Assembly: GCA_947626695.1 (NCBI GenBank)
Contig: CANQTE010000002.1
Coordinates: 1-61,044, forward strand
DNA: 61,044 nt
Source: an uncultured Bacilli bacterium
Lineage (GTDB): Bacteria > Bacillota_I > Bacilli_A > RF39 > UBA660
Direction: 5' to 3'
A program made the position numbers and the translations under genes. The notes beneath the pieces were generated by a model. It made no database searches and was not told the origin of the DNA. It was given only the letters and a program-made list of their open reading frames with translations. Positions 56,308 through 61,044 of this stretch are shown here, one piece after another. Every line of letters starts with the position of its first letter. Positions within the stretch are counted from its first letter, which is position 1.

Positions 56308-57666
56308 ATGGCAAATAGAGTTCTTCCACATGATAATGAAGCAGAAATGAGTGTTTTAGGAGTTGCTTTTTTAAGTAAGGCCGCACTTGAGACGATAAGC
56401 GATGAAGTAACTGAAGATTTATTTTATAATGATAAAAATAGAATTATATTTAAAGCAATTATAAATTTATATAAAGATAATAATCCGATTGATGCTACTA
56501 CTGTTAAAGCAGAATTAGATAAAAGAAAAGAATTTAATGAAATTGGTGGTTTAAATTATTTAATGGAAGTTATTGATTCTGTTGCAACGACTGCTAATTT
56601 AAGTTATTATATTAAAATATTAAAAGACCATGCGATAAGACGTAATTTAATTAATACGGCAACCGATATTATAACAAATACTTATAATGAGGAAAATATA
56701 AATGGAATTTTAGATGATGCTGAAAGGAATATATTAAATGTTGTAAAGGTGCGGGAAACAAGTGAGTTTGTTCCTATTCATGAAATACTTAAAAGAGCAA
56801 GAGAAAGATTAGAGGAACTTGCTAAAAATAAAAGTGATATTACAGGTATTAGAACAGGATTTTATGATTTAGATAGGGTAACTGCTGGGCTTCATGGAGG
56901 AGAACTAATTATCCTCGCGGCTCGTCCTGGTATGGGTAAAACAGCTTTTGCTCTTAATATCGCGACTAACGCGGCTTTTTCAACTAATAAAGCTATTGCC
57001 ATATTTAATCTTGAAATGTCCGCGGAAATGCTTGTTAATCGTATGCTTGCAAGTATTGGAGGAATAGATTCTTATAAATTAAATACAGGTAAATTAGAAC
57101 ATAATGATTGGAAAAGATATAATGAAGCAATAAGTAAACTTAGTAATACTAATATTTATATTGAAGATAATGCAAGTATTACAGCCCCAGAAATTAAAGC
57201 TAAATGTCGAAGACTTGCAAGTACTAAAGAGGGTTTAGGACTTGTTGTTATTGATTATTTACAACTTGTTACAACGGGTTCTAAAAGAGTAGAATCAAGA
57301 CAAGTAGAAGTATCGGAAATATCTCGAAGTCTAAAAACAATGGCTTTAGAATTAGATGTTCCTGTAATAGCTCTTGCTCAATTATCAAGAAGTGTTGATA
57401 AAAGAGAAAATAAAGAGCCCGCTTTAGTTGACTTAAGAGAATCTGGTTCCCTAGAGCAAGATGCTGATTTAGTTTTATTTTTAAATAGGAAAGATTATTA
57501 TGAAAATAAAACTGATAAAAAAGAAACAATTGTCCCAATAGATGTTATTATTGCTAAACATCGTAAAGGTTCAACTGGTTTATATCGTTTGCTTTTTGAA
57601 CTTAATATGAGTAATTTTAAAAATTATTTAAATCCTGAAAATATAAAAGAGGTAAGTTATGAATAA
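56308..57666 (+). CDS. dnaB: replicative DNA helicase (DnaB family; DnaC in Bacillus nomenclature)
   Basis: PHDNEAEMSVLG, Walker A AARPGMGKTAFALN, VIDYLQL, and ALAQLSRSVDKR. Confidence 0.95.
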   Translation: MANRVLPHDNEAEMSVLGVAFLSKAALETISDEVTEDLFYNDKNRIIFKAIINLYKDNNPIDATTVKAELDKRKEFNEIGGLNYLMEVIDSVATTANLSYYIKILKDHAIRRNLINTATDIITNTYNEENINGILDDAERNILNVVKVRETSEFVPIHEILKRARERLEELAKNKSDITGIRTGFYDLDRVTAGLHGGELIILAARPGMGKTAFALNIATNAAFSTNKAIAIFNLEMSAEMLVNRMLASIGGIDSYKLNTGKLEHNDWKRYNEAISKLSNTNIYIEDNASITAPEIKAKCRRLASTKEGLGLVVIDYLQLVTTGSKRVESRQVEVSEISRSLKTMALELDVPVIALAQLSRSVDKRENKEPALVDLRESGSLEQDADLVLFLNRKDYYENKTDKKETIVPIDVIIAKHRKGSTGLYRLLFELNMSNFKNYLNPENIKEVSYE

Positions 57667-59152
57667 AAAAAATAGTATAATTATATTAATATCAGTATTT
57701 ATAGGTATCTTATTATTACTTGCAAATACTAAAACTAAATTACAAGAAAATATTAATACTTTTTATCAAGTATATTTAAATGGGGAAAAAATAGGGATAA
57801 TAAATAAAAAAGAAGAATTATATGAATTAATAGATAATAATCAAAGTTCTATTAAAAATGAATATTCTGTTAAAAATGTTTATCCCCCTACTGATTTAAA
57901 AATAGTACCTATTAATTCTTATGTAGAAGTACCAAATAAAGTAGAAGATGTTTATAAATTAATTGAAGCTAAAGATGATTTTACAATTAAGGGTTATAAA
58001 GTAACTATTAGAGGTGAAGATGATGCTTATACCATTAATGTACTTAAAAAGGAAGTATTTTATGATGCTGCCAAAAGATTTGTTCAAGCATTTTTAGACC
58101 AAAATGAATATGAAAAATATATTAATAATGAACAAGAAGAAATAGTTGAAACAGGACGTATTATAAAAGATATGAAGTTTTTAGAAAATATTTCAATTAA
58201 AGAAGATTATTTAAGTGTTAATGAAAAAATATATACAGAAGAACAAGATTTAAGTCATTTCTTATTATTTGGAAGTAATCCTGAAAATGAAGAATATACT
58301 GTTAAAGTAGGAGATACTATTAAATCTGTTTCAGAAGATAATAAGTTAAGTGTCGAAGAATTTTTAATTGCTAATGCAAATTATAAATCAGAAAATAATT
58401 TACTTAGAGTAGGAGATAAAGTTAATGTTACTTTAATTGACCCTCAGTTAACATTTATATATGATTTATATGAGGTATATAATCAAGTAGATTATTATAG
58501 TAAAGAGACAAAAGAAGATTCTAGTAAAAATGTCGGGTTTTCTGAGATTACTACTCGAGGACAAAATGGTTTAATAAGATTTTCTGAAACTTATACTGTA
58601 ACTAATGGAGTTCGTCCTCAAGGTGCGGAACCAGTAGTAGAAGAAGTGTTATTAGATACAATTAATCAAGTAACAACAATCGGAACACGTAATCCAGACC
58701 CAAGTGTACCAATTAATCCAGTTGTAATTGAAGGAAACTGGGGTTGGCCAACTAATAAAGGTTATGTTATTACAAGTCCACGTGGTTGGCGTTGGGGAAG
58801 ATTACACGCTGGGATTGATATATCTGGTGCTGGTAATTATAATTCACCAATATATGCCGCGGCTGATGGGGTAGTTATTTATACCTATAATGGTTGTCCA
58901 TCAAAAGGAGGTTATCTTGGTAATACTTGTGGAGGAGGCTTAGGTAATCAAATAAAAATTGACCATGAAAATGGTTATACATCAAGATATGGGCATATGA
59001 CTAGTAATATAAAAGTTAAAGTTGGAGATAGAGTTAAAAAAGGCCAGATTATTGGGTATATGGGTTCAAGTGGAGATTCATCAGGAACACATTTACATTA
59101 TGAAGTTGCATATAATAATGCTACTTTTGACCCATTAGAGTTGTATCGCTAA
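57659..59152 (+). CDS. membrane-anchored M23 peptidoglycan endopeptidase with LysM and G5-like domains
   Basis: N-terminal TM helix, LysM YTVKVGDTIKSVSEDNKLSVEEFLIAN, and M23 motifs HAGIDIS ... GTHLHYEV. Confidence 0.85.
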   Translation: MNKKNSIIILISVFIGILLLLANTKTKLQENINTFYQVYLNGEKIGIINKKEELYELIDNNQSSIKNEYSVKNVYPPTDLKIVPINSYVEVPNKVEDVYKLIEAKDDFTIKGYKVTIRGEDDAYTINVLKKEVFYDAAKRFVQAFLDQNEYEKYINNEQEEIVETGRIIKDMKFLENISIKEDYLSVNEKIYTEEQDLSHFLLFGSNPENEEYTVKVGDTIKSVSEDNKLSVEEFLIANANYKSENNLLRVGDKVNVTLIDPQLTFIYDLYEVYNQVDYYSKETKEDSSKNVGFSEITTRGQNGLIRFSETYTVTNGVRPQGAEPVVEEVLLDTINQVTTIGTRNPDPSVPINPVVIEGNWGWPTNKGYVITSPRGWRWGRLHAGIDISGAGNYNSPIYAAADGVVIYTYNGCPSKGGYLGNTCGGGLGNQIKIDHENGYTSRYGHMTSNIKVKVGDRVKKGQIIGYMGSSGDSSGTHLHYEVAYNNATFDPLELYR

Positions 59153-59916
59153 TGAAAGTATGTATTTTAGCAAGTGGTTCAACAGGTAATTCTACTTATA
59201 TTGAAACTAATAATTATAAAATATTAGTAGATATAGGAAGAAATAGAAAATATATTGTTGACAAATTAAAAGAAATTAATGTAGATGCAAGTGAGATAAA
59301 TTATATATTTATAAGTCATTTACATAAAGACCATATCTCTGCTTTAACAACATTTATTAAAAAATATAAACCTACGATTGTTATATCAAAATCGATGTTT
59401 CAAGAGTTAGATAGTATTCATGATTATGAGCATATATTAATTTATGAAGATGAAATAATTTTAAATAATTTAAAAGTTTCTTGTTTTCATTCTAGTCATG
59501 ATGCGACAGATTCTCGTAATTTTCTTTTTGAAAGTGAAGGACACTCTATTGTCTATGTTACTGATACAGGTTATATAAATCAGAAAAATTTTAAATATTT
59601 ACAAAATAAAGAAGTATATCTTTTTGAAAGTAATCATGATATTGAAAAATTACAACATGGTAAATATCCTGATTGGTTAAAAAAAAGAGTATTATCCGAC
59701 TATGGACATTTAAGTAATAATGCTTGCAGTGTTTATTTATCTAAATTAATAGGAAATAATACGAAAAAAATATATTTAATGCATTTGTCACAAGAAAATA
59801 ATACTGAAGATTTAGCTTTAAAAGAAATTCATGAAGTATTTAATAGTTATAATATTAAATTTAATGATATAGCTTGTGCTAAAGCAAGTGAGATAAGTGA
59901 GCTCGTTACTTTATGA
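59152..59916 (+). CDS. MBL-fold metallo-hydrolase (YycJ/WalJ-like)
   Basis: ISHLHKDH metal motif and DYGHLSN. It is adjacent to rlmH, as yycJ is in Bacilli. Confidence 0.8.
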   Translation: MKVCILASGSTGNSTYIETNNYKILVDIGRNRKYIVDKLKEINVDASEINYIFISHLHKDHISALTTFIKKYKPTIVISKSMFQELDSIHDYEHILIYEDEIILNNLKVSCFHSSHDATDSRNFLFESEGHSIVYVTDTGYINQKNFKYLQNKEVYLFESNHDIEKLQHGKYPDWLKKRVLSDYGHLSNNACSVYLSKLIGNNTKKIYLMHLSQENNTEDLALKEIHEVFNSYNIKFNDIACAKASEISELVTL

Positions 59917-60350
59917 TTAAAATAATAGCTTTAGGAAAATTAAAAGAAAGATATATGATAGATTTAGTTAATGATTATTTAACAAGAATTAGTAAATATC
60001 ATAAAATAGAGTTAATAGAATTAAAAGATGAAGAAAGTTTAGAAAAGAGTGCTTTAAATATTAATAAATATATATCTTCTTCTGATTATGTTATTTCTTT
60101 AGTAATTGAAGGAAAAAGTTTAGATAGTTTAGAGTTTGCAAGTATGATAGATAAAACATTTATTAATTATAGTACTATTACTTTTATAATTGGAGATTCA
60201 AATGGATTATCTGATACAATTAAAAATAGAAGTAATTTAAAATTATCTTTTTCAAAAATGACTTTTCCTCATGGTCTTTTTAGGGGAATATTATTAGAAC
60301 AGATATATAGAGCATTTAAGATAATTAATCATGAAAGTTATCATAAATAA
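59913..60350 (+). CDS. rlmH: 23S rRNA (pseudouridine1915-N3)-methyltransferase RlmH
   Basis: SPOUT knot motifs FIIGDSNGLSD and LSFSKMTFPHGLFRGILLEQIYRAF. Confidence 0.9.
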   Translation: MIKIIALGKLKERYMIDLVNDYLTRISKYHKIELIELKDEESLEKSALNINKYISSSDYVISLVIEGKSLDSLEFASMIDKTFINYSTITFIIGDSNGLSDTIKNRSNLKLSFSKMTFPHGLFRGILLEQIYRAFKIINHESYHK

Positions 60351-60371
60351 AATTAAATAGGAGTGGTTATA

Positions 60372-61028
60372 ATGATAGGAAATGATTGGGACGAAAAATT
60401 AGAGCTTATATGGAATAGTGAGGGTTTTAAAAAGTTTTATCATATCGTGGAAAATGAATATAATACTAAAACTATATATCCCCCGAAAGACCATATTTTT
60501 GAAGCTTTAAAATTAACAAGCTATAAAGATACTAGAGTTGTAATTGTAGGACAAGACCCATATCATGGGGAAGGGGAAGCACATGGTTTATCTTTTTCCG
60601 TCCAAAAAGGAGTAAAAGTTCCTCCATCACTACAAAATATATATAAAGAATTGTATGATGATTTAGGTATACCTCCTAAAGATAATGGAGATTTAACATC
60701 TTGGGCTAAAAATGGGGTTTTACTTTTAAATGCCGTTTTAACTGTAGTAAAAGATACACCAGCATCACACAGGAAGTTAGGCTGGGAAAGATTAACAGAT
60801 TATATAATTAGATTATTAAATGAAAAAGAAGAACCTGTTGTTTTTATTCTTTGGGGTAATTTTGCTAAAGAAAAAAGAAATTTAATAACTAATCAAAGAC
60901 ACCTAGTTTTGATGAGCCCTCACCCTAGTCCTTTTTCTGCTCGCTATGGGTTCTTTGGTTCTAAGCCTTTTAGTAAAACTAATGAATTTTTAAAGAAAAA
61001 TGGGTTAAAAGAAATAGACTGGAGTTAA
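60372..61028 (+). CDS. ung: uracil-DNA glycosylase
   Basis: VVIVGQDPYHG, GVLLLNAVLTV and SPHPSPFSA motifs. AGGAG precedes ATG 60372. Confidence 0.95.
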   Translation: MIGNDWDEKLELIWNSEGFKKFYHIVENEYNTKTIYPPKDHIFEALKLTSYKDTRVVIVGQDPYHGEGEAHGLSFSVQKGVKVPPSLQNIYKELYDDLGIPPKDNGDLTSWAKNGVLLLNAVLTVVKDTPASHRKLGWERLTDYIIRLLNEKEEPVVFILWGNFAKEKRNLITNQRHLVLMSPHPSPFSARYGFFGSKPFSKTNEFLKKNGLKEIDWS

Positions 61029-61044
61029 GCTTAACTAAAATTTA

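Noticed and set aside
1-61044. A Mollicutes-type genetic code (TGA = Trp), suggested by the extreme AT richness.
   Set aside because: TGA terminates well-supported ORFs (for example 267-269, 21161-21163 and 25635-25637), and Trp codons seen in conserved motifs are TGG.

Overview
This is a 61-kb window of a very AT-rich Bacillota (Firmicutes) chromosome. It uses the standard code: TGA terminates several ORFs and Trp is TGG. Most of it is housekeeping: ftsA-ftsZ, cysteine desulfurase-thiI, uppS, a rhomboid protease, rluB, addB-addA, rplI-dnaB, a walJ-like gene with rlmH, ung, and two monocistronic tRNAs. It also carries endospore coat-morphogenesis markers (spoVID/ysxE-like, yutD/yutH-like, ylbD/ylbE-like). 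The accessory or unusual content is as follows. (1) A four-gene envelope operon has VirB2-like and VirB6-like membrane parts but no ATPase, and an orphan VirD4/TraG-type coupling protein lies 7 kb upstream. (2) A tandemly duplicated module encodes very large coiled-coil membrane proteins with two degenerate J-domain-like repeats and a small DUF1292-like partner, each copy behind a perfect consensus promoter. (3) A 133-nt MITE-like insertion with an 8-bp target duplication splits the rumA-type methyltransferase in frame. (4) Between the coupling protein and a rhodanese gene lie two sRNA-like modules and an inverted-repeat-bounded 42-codon ORF. (5) An orphan Panacea/SocA-type antitoxin gene is flanked by two promoter-plus-terminator structured RNA candidates. 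(6) There is an AbiEi/AbiEii pair. (7) Integrase and nuclease gene remnants and a 20-nt repeat lie downstream of both tRNAs. No rRNA genes or CRISPR arrays were seen. All functional calls rest on motif recognition by eye, and no database search was possible.
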